This document shows, one piece after another, positions 27,831 to 35,950 of a stretch of DNA of 51,823 nt. The notes below the pieces were generated by a model. It was not told the origin of the DNA. It worked only from the letters and a program-made list of their open reading frames with translations, and did not search any database. The position numbers were made by a program, and so were the translations under genes. How positions within the stretch are numbered: position 1 is the first letter of the stretch; each line of letters opens with the position of its first letter. The DNA comes from an uncultured bacterium (GTDB lineage: Bacteria > Armatimonadota > Hebobacteria > Hebobacterales > Hebobacteraceae), in assembly GCA_964385645.1 (NCBI GenBank), contig CAYLPT010000003.1:1-51823 (forward strand), read 5' to 3'.

Positions 27831-27846
27831 TGCAGGAACTGTGCCA
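27831..27846 (-). promoter_or_regulatory. sigma-54 promoter for exosortase-GT39
   Basis: TGGCACA-GTTC-CTGCA with GG-N10-GC spacing, immediately upstream of the ATG at 27812. Confidence 0.75.
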
Positions 27847-27967
27847 GAGGGCTCGGGGGCGCTAGTGGACGGCTGAATGGCGCCTGGCGGGGCGCTAGAC
27901 CCTGATTCCGGGGCGGTCGGTTCATGGCTGCCGGAGAGGACACTGTGGGGATGGCGAGCGGGTGCGG

Positions 27968-27983
27968 TGGTACGCTTGATGCT
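27968..27983 (+). promoter_or_regulatory. sigma-54 promoter for PEP-CTERM gene 1
   Basis: TGGTACG-CTTG-ATGCT with GG-N10-GC spacing, divergent from the exosortase promoter. Confidence 0.68.
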
Positions 27984-28130
27984 GCTCCGTGGTTTCGAGT
28001 GCCGCCGGGTGGCGCCAGGTGCTATCTGTGCCGCCCGGGAGCGCGAGTCGGCGGCAATGCGGGCCGGCCCTGACACGGCTGCCCCGGCGCGCCGGCCCTG
28101 CGGACTCGGCCGGAAGGGAGGTGATGGAGA

Positions 28131-28838
28131 CTGAGACACATACTAGTCGGTAAGTCGTCGTTGCGTTGGGCCATTACCCTCACGCTTGTGAGCGTGATAG
28201 GTCTGGCCCTCAGCGCGGCGCCAGCCCTGGCGTACGACGCCACGGTCAGAGGATGGGTCGGCTACGGCGGTGTCAACAATGGCGGCGAGTTCGACGTGCA
28301 TGTCGCCACGTGGAGCTACCCAGTGCCCTGGATGACGTCCGTCAACACCTCGGGTTCGCACAGCGGGTACGCGACCCAGTTCGCGACCTTCTGTGTGCAG
28401 CGCACCCAGACGTTCAGTCCGGGCTCGCTGTACAACGTAACGCTCAGCAAGCAGACGGACGGCACCAAGCAGGCGCCCCTCACACCTGAGGCGGCGTGGT
28501 TGTTCCACAAGTGGAACTCGCGTGGCCTTACAGACTACCGCTACGACGATCCGACCAACCGCGTGTACGACGCCCGTGACCTGCAGCTAGCCCTGTGGGC
28601 CCACATGGGTGAGTGGGACTCCGGCAGCCTGGGTGGGCAGGCCAAGTCCTGGTATGACGCTGCAAAGGGTCGGTGGACCGGCACGGGCAACGTGTACGTC
28701 ATGCAGCTCTACCGGTCCTCCAACGACCACCAAGACTGGCTGGTCGAGCTGGTCCCGGAGCCTGGGACGATCGTCTTGCTCGCCTGTGGCGCGCTCGGAC
28801 TTGTGCCGGCGCTCAAGCGCCGACGGCGCAACAACTAG
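28131..28838 (+). CDS. PEP-CTERM sorting-domain protein 1 (putative thioester domain)
   Basis: Signal peptide ending 'APALA' and C-terminal 'VPEPGTIVLLACGALGLVPALKRRRR'. The start is either CTG 28131 (after GGAGGTGA) or TTG 28161. Confidence 0.92.
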   Translation: MRHILVGKSSLRWAITLTLVSVIGLALSAAPALAYDATVRGWVGYGGVNNGGEFDVHVATWSYPVPWMTSVNTSGSHSGYATQFATFCVQRTQTFSPGSLYNVTLSKQTDGTKQAPLTPEAAWLFHKWNSRGLTDYRYDDPTNRVYDARDLQLALWAHMGEWDSGSLGGQAKSWYDAAKGRWTGTGNVYVMQLYRSSNDHQDWLVELVPEPGTIVLLACGALGLVPALKRRRRNN

Positions 28839-28891
28839 CGATCGGCCCGCGCACGGCCTGCCTGGCCGCACGCGAGCCCACGCATCGGGCG

Positions 28892-28916
28892 GGGCAGGGG
28901 ACAGAGTCCCCTGCCC
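28892..28916 (+). terminator. GC-rich stem-loop between the convergent PEP-CTERM genes
   Basis: GGGCAGGGGAC-aga-GTCCCCTGCCC, a perfect 11-bp stem with no strong U-tract. Confidence 0.5.
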
Positions 28917-28958
28917 TGCTGCTGTCTAGGCCTGTGGACGGAGCGGGAAGCCAAGCGC

Positions 28959-28987
28959 GCGGGCGGCGCCTCGAGAGCGCCGCCCGC
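28959..28987. terminator. Second GC-rich stem-loop between the convergent PEP-CTERM genes
   Basis: GCGGGCGGCGC-ctcgaga-GCGCCGCCCGC, a perfect 11-bp stem. Confidence 0.45.
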
Positions 28988-29042
28988 AGGTCCAGGGGGT
29001 TGATCACCCCGGTTCGAACTCAGGCAGCAAGGCTGCCTAGCT

Positions 29043-29750
29043 CTAGCACTGTCGTCGTCTGCGGCGCAGCGCGGGCACCAGACCAAACAGCGCGCAGCCC
29101 ATCAGGGCGATGGTGCCGGGCTCGGGGACGAGCTCGACGAGCACGTCCTGCTTGTCGGTTCCCGAGGCATAGAGCTGCATCACCCGGACCGAACCGATCT
29201 GGTTGCCCGTATGCCACGAGCTGGCCAGCGCAAGGTCGTACCACTCCTGCTCCCTGGTGTCCGTGCCCCAGTAGCTGAATGACTCTCCCTGCAGTTTCCA
29301 GAGCACCCGCTGAAGCGCAGCTGCGCTAGCGTCCCTGCCTGCCGCGGTGTAGTCGTACTTGGGCAACGCCTTCCTGTTCCATAGCGCGAACAGATAGGCG
29401 GCTCCTCCACTGAGCGGCTTGACGTGCAGTGGGTTGCCGTCCGTGTGGGTCGAGATCGTGACGTCGTAAGGCGTGTTCATCGAGACGAACTGAGTCGTCT
29501 GCATGCAGAAGGTGGCGAAGTGCCGACTGGTGTTCTTCGGTGTCACCCATGTGATGTACGGCGTGTAGTTCCACTGATTCACCTTTACGTCGAACTCGCC
29601 GCCACGGCCAGACCCGACACCCGGGACATGCTGCAGTGGTGCATTGTAGCCATCATACAGGGTCACGTTCGCATCAGCTGCGAGCCCCACTGAAGCCGAC
29701 AGTAAGGCGGCCATCACGACCAGCCCGATCACAAGCGCTCCTCTCTTCAT
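29043..29750 (-). CDS. PEP-CTERM sorting-domain protein 2 (paralog of protein 1, putative thioester domain)
   Basis: GGAGGTGA RBS, signal peptide 'MKRGALVIGL...VGLA', and C-terminal 'VPEPGTIALMGCALFGLVPALRRRRR'. Confidence 0.93.
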   Translation of the reverse strand: MKRGALVIGLVVMAALLSASVGLAADANVTLYDGYNAPLQHVPGVGSGRGGEFDVKVNQWNYTPYITWVTPKNTSRHFATFCMQTTQFVSMNTPYDVTISTHTDGNPLHVKPLSGGAAYLFALWNRKALPKYDYTAAGRDASAAALQRVLWKLQGESFSYWGTDTREQEWYDLALASSWHTGNQIGSVRVMQLYASGTDKQDVLVELVPEPGTIALMGCALFGLVPALRRRRRQC

Positions 29751-29899
29751 CACATCACCTCCCTTCCGGAGCCGTCTGGCCGGCGCCGCCGGCTCGGCCG
29801 CGCATACACGCGGCCCCGGCGGGCCGACTTGATCCGCCTGCGCGCAGAGAGTCACCAGTGCGGTTCCCAGCCCGCGCAGGCTGTCCATAGGGTTCACGG

Positions 29900-29915
29900 A
29901 GCACAGAACGTGCCA
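29900..29915 (-). promoter_or_regulatory. sigma-54 promoter for PEP-CTERM gene 2
   Basis: TGGCACG-TTCT-GTGCT. Confidence 0.8.
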
Positions 29916-30082
29916 CAGGGCGCCGCTGCTGCGCCGGATGAGCGGCCCCGAGAGCCCCGGCAGCCCGGGGATCGCATCCTGGCGCCCAGCAGGCTGCGCA
30001 GGACCCCAGGGCGGCGCTCGGATGCTCCGAACCGCCGGCCCCGATCCGGTGTCGCTATTCCGTCCCCCTCTGGATCGTCGAG

Positions 30083-30098
30083 GGGCACGCTTTGTGCA
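30083..30098 (+). promoter_or_regulatory. Distal sigma-54-like promoter for PEP-CTERM gene 3
   Basis: GGGCACG-CTTT-GTGCA with GG-N10-GC spacing. Confidence 0.5.
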
Positions 30099-30215
30099 GC
30101 CACGGTTACCCTGCGCGCAGCGCACAGGCGGCGGAGCCGGTCTGTGATGGCATGAGCGGGCCGGCGGCGAGCCCTGCAGGGCCTTGTGCACCGGGGCGCC
30201 CACTGGGCCGGCGGG

Positions 30216-30231
30216 CGGCACGGTGTGTGCA
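30216..30231 (+). promoter_or_regulatory. Proximal sigma-54 promoter for PEP-CTERM gene 3
   Basis: CGGCACG-GTGT-GTGCA, about 55 bp upstream of the ATG. Confidence 0.7.
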
Positions 30232-30285
30232 GGTTAGCGGCGAACGGCGTGGCGCCAGAGGGTGCCACAGCGAGGAGTGTACGAT

Positions 30286-30975
30286 ATGTGGATATGGCGT
30301 CTACTGCTGGTCACGATGTGCGGCGCGATCGCGCTGGCGCTCCTCAGCGTCGCGCCGGCCCACGCGGTGCCCAACCTACAGCTCTACATCGAAGGCGCCA
30401 CCTGGAACTCCACCACCGAAACGTGGGTGACGACATCACCAGCCTTCGAGCTGTGGGTGATCGGTGCGCACGACATCGTCTACAACGTCCATCTGGGAGT
30501 TGCACTCCTGCCCAACTCAACGGACCCGGCCACCGGCACTGTTCGGATCTACGACGACACGAGGACAGGCCTGCTAGCGACACTGACTGACAAGGCCGAA
30601 GACGGCGGGAGTTTCACCTACGGCACGCCGACCTACTCAGGAGGCGACCTTCCGTCTCACGGCGTATACCCCACCTGGTACGCGCAGTACGACGTCGGCG
30701 ACCTCACGCCGCAGCACACCGTGTATGACATGCAGCCGGGCAAGGACGGTGAGGCGCAGGGCGAGATCAAGAGGTACTGGATAGAGGTCTCTGGCTTCGA
30801 GCGCGTCCACTTCGACGCCTACAACTACGTCGTGAAGAGCAAGATGAGGGGACGCTTCGCCCCCTTCAGCCACGACGCAGAGATGGTCCCGGAGCCTGGT
30901 ACCCTCGCGCTCTTCGCGCCGTGCCTCGCCGGGCTGGTCGGCGCGCGGCTGCGGCGCAGGACGAGGACGCAGTAG
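30286..30975 (+). CDS. PEP-CTERM protein 3 with a choice-of-anchor N-like domain
   Basis: GAGGAG RBS, signal peptide ending 'PAHA', 'PNLQLYIEGATW...HGVYPT...HFDAY...APFSHDAE', and 'VPEPGTLALFAPCLAGLVGARLRRR'. Confidence 0.9.
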   Translation: MWIWRLLLVTMCGAIALALLSVAPAHAVPNLQLYIEGATWNSTTETWVTTSPAFELWVIGAHDIVYNVHLGVALLPNSTDPATGTVRIYDDTRTGLLATLTDKAEDGGSFTYGTPTYSGGDLPSHGVYPTWYAQYDVGDLTPQHTVYDMQPGKDGEAQGEIKRYWIEVSGFERVHFDAYNYVVKSKMRGRFAPFSHDAEMVPEPGTLALFAPCLAGLVGARLRRRTRTQ

Positions 30976-31032
30976 CGACCGGCCGCGGGCGGGGACGGCA
31001 CGGCGCTGCCGCGCGCAGCCGAGCGGTGACGC

Positions 31033-33612
31033 TCAGGGTCGGTGGAACGGCAGAGCCCTCCGGTGATTCGGGGCCCCACTGACCCCGGAACGCCGCAGGC
31101 TCAGCTCCGGGCCCTGCTGGATGCTCTGAAGCGCCCGTAGGGCGGCGGCCGCGACGTCCTCCTCGCTCTCGCCTGATATCAGGTAGCGGAGCGCCGGCGC
31201 GGCCTGGGCTGCGGCCCCGCCCATGGCGCCAAGCGCCTCCGCGGCGTACCGGCGGATCCACCTGTCCTCGTCCCGGAGGGCCGCGATGAGCGCTGGCACC
31301 GCGGCTGCGGCGGCCGGACCCATGGCGCCGAGCGCCTGGGCGCACTTCCTGCGCAGAGCCGCGCCCTCGCCAGAGGCGCCCAGGACGTTCGCCAGCGCGC
31401 CCGCGGCAGGCGCCGCGCCGGGCCCGATGTGCGCAAGCGCCTGGGCGGCGTGCAGGCGAACGCGAGAGTCCTCATCCCGGAGCGCCTGTGCCAGGGCGCC
31501 CACTGTCGGCTGGTTAGCGTAGGCGCCCTCGCCGAGTGCCGTCGCGGCCGACCAGCGCACCCGCGGTTCCGGGTCCTCGGTCAGCGTCCTTGCCAGCACG
31601 TCTCCCGCCGCCGGCCCGGCGAGCTGGAACGCCCTGACGGCGGCGACCCTCACTTCGGGGTCGGGATGCCGGGCCGCCTCCTCCAGCTCGCCAAGCCAGG
31701 CCGGCGCGGCGTCCCTGAGCACCCGCTCGGCGCTGGCGCGTCGCCCAGGGCTCTGCCGGTCCCGTAGGGCCTCCAGAAGGGCCATCAGTGACGGGCCGAT
31801 GCGTGGCTCGGGGAGATCGGGCGGCGGCTCGGCCGTTTCCTGGGCAGCGGGCCGCACCGTCTCTGGCTCAGTCGGCTCGCGGGTCAGGGGCGGCGTGGGG
31901 ACCGCCGCCGGGGGTTCGGCCGGGCGGGTCTCCTCTGGAACAGGGGCATACTCCGGAGCGGGCGCCGCAGGCGGCTCCGGCGGCGTCATCGGCACGACCT
32001 CCGCCAGGAGCGGCGCGGCGCTCTGCGGCACGGCGTCACCAGGGTGGTCGGGAGCCGCCCAGGAGAGCGGCGCTTGAGTGCCGGTCGCCGCTGCGGTCCG
32101 CCTCGGCGGCGAGGGTGCAGGCGGCGCTTCGGCGGGCGGAGCAGCCGCCACCGTCGGAGCTGCCGGCGCCGGCTCAATGGCATCCAGAATCCGTCCGGCG
32201 GCCTCGCTCACCTCGGGATCGGCGTCATCGCGCAGGCTCGTCAGCCGGGTGATCGTCTCGGCGGCGCCGCCGAGGGCGCCGAGCGTCGAGGCGGCGGCGA
32301 TGGCTACCCAGGGGTCTTCGTCGTGGAGGGCAGCGGTCAGGGCGGGCACGATCTGCTCCGGGGGCGCGCCGGTGGCCGCCAGCGCACGGGCCGCAAGTTC
32401 GCGCAGGTGGGGCTCGGCCCGGCGCAGGATGCGGACGAGCGCGGGCGCGGCCTGCGGGCCGAGGCGACCGAGGGCCTGGGTGGCGAAGGCGCGCACGGCC
32501 TCGTCCTCGCGCTCGTCACCCACCCGCGCGGCAAGCGCCGGGGCCGCGGAGCGGGCCGCCGGCCCGATGGCCCCAAGCGCCTGCGCGGCCCGCAAGCGGA
32601 GGGCCACCTGGTCATCCCGCAGCGCGGCCGCGAGCGCGCCCACGGCGGGCCCGCCCTCCGCGCCGAGCTTCCCGAGGGCTTCGGCGGCGGAGCTCCGCAC
32701 GAGCCAGTCGTCGTCCTTCAGCGCCTCCATGAGAGGCCGGAGCGAGACCTGCGACGGGTTTCGCGCGGCGAGGGCTGCGGCGGCGGAGCGCCGGAGGGCG
32801 ACGTCCTGGTCGCCCAGGGCCTGCGCGAGCGCCCGCTCCGACGCCGGATTGGCGTCGGCCGAGCTGCCGAGGGCAAAGGCGGCCGCTCTGCGGGCGAGGG
32901 CGCTGTCGGAGAAGTCAACGAGTAGGGCCGCCAGGGTGGCGACCGCCGCCGGGTCGGGCTCGGCGCGTGCCAAGGCCTCGACGGCAAGTCGCCGCAGCCC
33001 GGGCGCGGCGTCCCGGTCTTTCACCGTGCCGAGCAGGAGCGCCGCGGGTATGCCCCCGCGCTGGGCCGCGACCGCAAGCGCCGACTCTCTGGCGAGCGCG
33101 GGGCGTGCCGACACGAGCGCGTGCAGGACCGACCGATCGTCTGCGGCGAGCGTGGCCACCACGCAGCGGGCGGCGCACGCGCTGACCAGATCCGCATCGT
33201 CGGCATCATCCGCGCCCGACTCCTCCCAGGTTTCCTCGACGGGAGGCGCGCCCTCCAGCAGCAGCGTGGTTATGGCGGCAACCGTTCGCGCCGGCCGGGC
33301 GGCCGACTCAGACCCCGCTTCCGGGCCGATGGTGATGCGCAGATGGAGGGGAACGCCGTCGGGGTGCGCAGCGATCATACGAACCCCGATCGACTCGAGA
33401 ACGGCTCGCACGGCCCGCTGTGCCGCCGCGGTCAAGCGCGCCTGATCGCGGTCGGCGTCGAGGGTGACGGCGACCCGGAGTGATGTCAGATCGCCGAGCG
33501 GACGGGGACTCTGTGCGGGCGCTGCCGCGCTCGCCTGCGGTCGAGGGAGCAAGCCCGCCAGGACCAACAGCCACAAGCCCCACCGGGTCGCTGGTTGACG
33601 GGATTTGCGCAT
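31033..33612 (-). CDS. Exported HEAT/PBS-lyase-repeat protein with a central Pro/Ala/Glu-rich linker
   Basis: N-terminal hydrophobic signal and many 'AL-x-D-x-D-x-x-VR-x-x-AA-x-ALG' repeats in two blocks. The start is approximate. Confidence 0.88.
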   Translation of the reverse strand: MRKSRQPATRWGLWLLVLAGLLPRPQASAAAPAQSPRPLGDLTSLRVAVTLDADRDQARLTAAAQRAVRAVLESIGVRMIAAHPDGVPLHLRITIGPEAGSESAARPARTVAAITTLLLEGAPPVEETWEESGADDADDADLVSACAARCVVATLAADDRSVLHALVSARPALARESALAVAAQRGGIPAALLLGTVKDRDAAPGLRRLAVEALARAEPDPAAVATLAALLVDFSDSALARRAAAFALGSSADANPASERALAQALGDQDVALRRSAAAALAARNPSQVSLRPLMEALKDDDWLVRSSAAEALGKLGAEGGPAVGALAAALRDDQVALRLRAAQALGAIGPAARSAAPALAARVGDEREDEAVRAFATQALGRLGPQAAPALVRILRRAEPHLRELAARALAATGAPPEQIVPALTAALHDEDPWVAIAAASTLGALGGAAETITRLTSLRDDADPEVSEAAGRILDAIEPAPAAPTVAAAPPAEAPPAPSPPRRTAAATGTQAPLSWAAPDHPGDAVPQSAAPLLAEVVPMTPPEPPAAPAPEYAPVPEETRPAEPPAAVPTPPLTREPTEPETVRPAAQETAEPPPDLPEPRIGPSLMALLEALRDRQSPGRRASAERVLRDAAPAWLGELEEAARHPDPEVRVAAVRAFQLAGPAAGDVLARTLTEDPEPRVRWSAATALGEGAYANQPTVGALAQALRDEDSRVRLHAAQALAHIGPGAAPAAGALANVLGASGEGAALRRKCAQALGAMGPAAAAAVPALIAALRDEDRWIRRYAAEALGAMGGAAAQAAPALRYLISGESEEDVAAAALRALQSIQQGPELSLRRSGVSGAPNHRRALPFHRP

Positions 33613-33684
33613 CCCAGGGGCCGCCGAGCACGGCGCTGGAGGTGCTGGCATTCGCCTACCACTGACCTGACAACACCTTGAGGA

Positions 33685-33700
33685 GGCAAGAGTCGTGCCA
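33685..33700 (-). promoter_or_regulatory. sigma-54 promoter for the HEAT-repeat gene
   Basis: TGGCACG-ACTC-TTGCC, identical at 15 of 16 positions to the 13549-13564 site. Confidence 0.8.
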
Positions 33701-33737
33701 CAGCGGCCAGCCGCCCCAGGACGCCCTGTGGGCACCC

Positions 33738-34202
33738 TCAGGGCGTGGTCCCGGTGTCACGTCGCTCGCGCGTCGCGTACCACGCGGCGACCACCGCGGC
33801 GGCAGCCACGCCGAGCGCGACCCCGATGCCGTCGAGCACGACGTCCCCGACGGAGGCCGTTCGTCCCGGCACGAGGCTCTGGTGTAGTTCGTCCGCGATC
33901 CCGTACGCAAGCCCGATGGCGGACGCCCACGACCAGGGTCGGCTTCTGAGAGAACGATTGCTCGAGGCGCTGGCGGCGCGCCACAGCAGGGCGCCGAGCA
34001 CGAAGTACATCCAGAGGTGCGCGAGGGCGTGGTCGCCCTCGAAGGTGACGGGCGCCAGCGAGCCCGGGTCTGACTGCGCGGAGAGCGAGAAGATCAGCGC
34101 CATCCAGGCGATGGGCGGCCCCCAGGCGAGCCGGCCGCTCCGCACCTGGCGGACGGAGGTGTGCTCTGTCACGAGGTTGTGCCCGGCTGCGGACTCCTTC
34201 AT
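33738..34202 (-). CDS. VanZ family membrane protein
   Basis: 'WMALIFSLS', 'DHALAH...Y', 'YGIADELHQSLVPGRTASVGDVVLDGIG'. Confidence 0.92.
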   Translation of the reverse strand: MKESAAGHNLVTEHTSVRQVRSGRLAWGPPIAWMALIFSLSAQSDPGSLAPVTFEGDHALAHLWMYFVLGALLWRAASASSNRSLRSRPWSWASAIGLAYGIADELHQSLVPGRTASVGDVVLDGIGVALGVAAAAVVAAWYATRERRDTGTTP

Positions 34203-34618
34203 CTCAAACGGGCTGCTCCATGTGGAATACTACGGTAGCAGGCAGGCGGCGGGCCCCTGCGCTGAGTCTCGCTCCTCCTTCCACCAGGTCGCCGCGCAGC
34301 GAACGCGCGATAATGAGAGGTCCTGCCCCGCCCTGCCGGTCTCCGGGCACGGGGCGCCGGTGGTGGCGGGGCAGGCCTATTCCTGTCACCGCGCTGGCAA
34401 GTAGACGCGCCCACGCCTCCCCCCTACCGACCGACCGCCCCGCTGGCCGCACATTCCGTGCCCCGCCGCAGCATCCCCCGGCCGGAGGGGTGGTGAGCTG
34501 ACGGGAAGGAGCCCGGCCGAGGGGGCGTGCAACGTGCCCGGCGTATGCTATCATGGGACGGGACAGCCCGGGAGCGCGTCGGCCCTGAGGGCGCCCGGCA
34601 GGAGAGCGGGCGGGGACC

Positions 34619-34903
34619 ATGACGGCGAGCAGGCTCATCGTGATAAGCGACCATGCGCGCTTCGAGATGGAGCGGCGGCAGATTGCCGAGGAGTCGGTGC
34701 GCCAGGTGGCGCTGGCGCCTGAGCAGGTGGTACCATCGGGGACGGGACGAACGATCCGACAGTCCCGGATCACCGATGAGGCTTCGGGCAAGCGGATGCT
34801 GCTGCGTGTTGTCACCGAGGAGCGGGCGGGGCACTTGTTCGTCGTCACCGCCTACCGGACGTCGAAGCTCAGCAAGTACTGGCAGCCGGAGGATAGGTCA
34901 TGA
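34619..34903 (+). CDS. DUF4258 family protein (putative RelE-like toxin)
   Basis: 'ISDHARFEMERRQI...LLRVV...VVTAYRTSKLSKYW'. ATGA-coupled to a DUF2283 gene. Confidence 0.82.
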   Translation: MTASRLIVISDHARFEMERRQIAEESVRQVALAPEQVVPSGTGRTIRQSRITDEASGKRMLLRVVTEERAGHLFVVTAYRTSKLSKYWQPEDRS

Positions 34904-35109
34904 GGGTGATATACGACCGGGAGACTGACACTCTCAGCCTGCTCTTCGCGGAGGGGCAGGTGGCGGAGAGTGACGAACTGCGCGAGGGCCTTATCATAGA
35001 CTACAGCGAGGACGGGCGTATCGTCTCGGTGGAGGTGCTGGATGCGTCCAGGCACGTAGCCGATCCGGCCTCGATCGCCTTCGAGCTCAAGGAGGCCGCG
35101 GCGCGCTGA
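34900..35109 (+). CDS. DUF2283 family protein (putative antitoxin)
   Basis: 'MRVIYDRETDTL...ESDE...IIDYSEDGRIVSVEVLDAS'. Confidence 0.88.
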   Translation: MRVIYDRETDTLSLLFAEGQVAESDELREGLIIDYSEDGRIVSVEVLDASRHVADPASIAFELKEAAAR

Positions 35110-35276
35110 GCGCCCACCGCAGGCGGCCACTGCCGACCGGCCCCGTCTTCCTCACCAGAGGGCCTTGGTAGTCTGGCGGCGGCGAGGCCCGGACGCCAGG
35201 CGGAGCCGCCCACGACTGAAGACCGGTTGCGCCGACACAGGGGGCCAGACGGACCTCGGGACCGCCCTCTTGCTGC

Positions 35277-35316
35277 TGACTACAGCATGTGGTTGAATGA
35301 CTACAGAATGTGGTCA
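35277..35316. promoter_or_regulatory. Tandem palindromic operator-like repeats upstream of the HTH-MNT gene
   Basis: TGACTACAGCATGTGGTTG (35277-35295) and TGACTACAGAATGTGGTCA (35298-35316), 21-bp period, each an imperfect TGACnACA-N3-TGTnGTCA palindrome. Confidence 0.65.
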
Positions 35317-35950
35317 TGCAGGACGCGGTGAGAAGTCGGCTCCTTGAGGGACTGCTGGGACGCCAGCGTGCAGCCGTGCTCTCGGTGGTGCTGGCGCGCC
35401 CCGAGACTCGGCTCTATCAGAGGCAGATCGCGCAACTGGCAGGACTCAGGCTGCTCCAGGCCCAGCGCGCCCTGCGCGGCCTCGCCGACCTCGCGGCGTG
35501 TTGCGGGCCGAACGAGAGGGCAACCGACTCTACTACTCACCCGACCCAGCCTGCCCGGTCGTGGCCGAGCTGACGGCCATGGTGCTCAAGACCGCCGGCT
35601 TGGTGGAGGTGCTACGCCGGCGCCTTGGCGACCTGCCTGGCATCACCCTCGCCTTCGTCTGTGGGTCAACGGCCCGCCTGGAGCACACGCCGGAGAGCGA
35701 CGTGGATTTGATCGTCGTCGGCGACGCCACCGTGCGCGACCTCGCGGGGCCCCTGCGTGAGGCAGAGCAGACCCTCGCGCGGGACGTTAACCCGACGCTC
35801 TACCCCGAGGCGGAGTTCTGGCAGAAGATGGCCGAGGGACACCGCTTCCTGACCTCGGTCATGGGCGAACCTAAGCTGTTTGTCATTGGAGACGCTGATG
35901 TCCTTGCGCGACTGGCTGAGACAGGGGGAAGCGAGGGAACACACGCGTAG
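35316..35950 (+). pseudogene. HTH + minimal nucleotidyltransferase (MNT) antitoxin, frameshifted near 35495
   Basis: The N-terminal wHTH lies in one frame and 'LRAEREGNRLYY...FVCGSTAR...SDVDLIVVG' (GS...DxD) in another. Confidence 0.8.

Noticed and set aside
28988-29025. GGTTCGAA T-loop-like sequence next to hairpins, suggesting a tRNA
   Set aside because: There is no paired T-stem, acceptor stem or cloverleaf.
29751-30221. Long N-terminal extensions given by the ORF track (also 5185-5433, 18422-18565, 21437-21874, 27813-28139 and 33613-33735)
   Set aside because: They overlap promoters or neighbouring genes. RBS position, signal peptides or domain starts support the shorter starts.
32044-33445. 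Long plus-strand ORFs and repetitive DNA in the HEAT gene as a possible repeat array or CRISPR
   Set aside because: The repeats are degenerate protein-level HEAT units, with no identical spaced DNA repeats and no cas genes.
34395-34412. Possible sigma-54 site upstream of vanZ (GGCGCGTCTACTTGC on -)
   Set aside because: GG-to-GC spacing is 11 nt rather than the strict 10.
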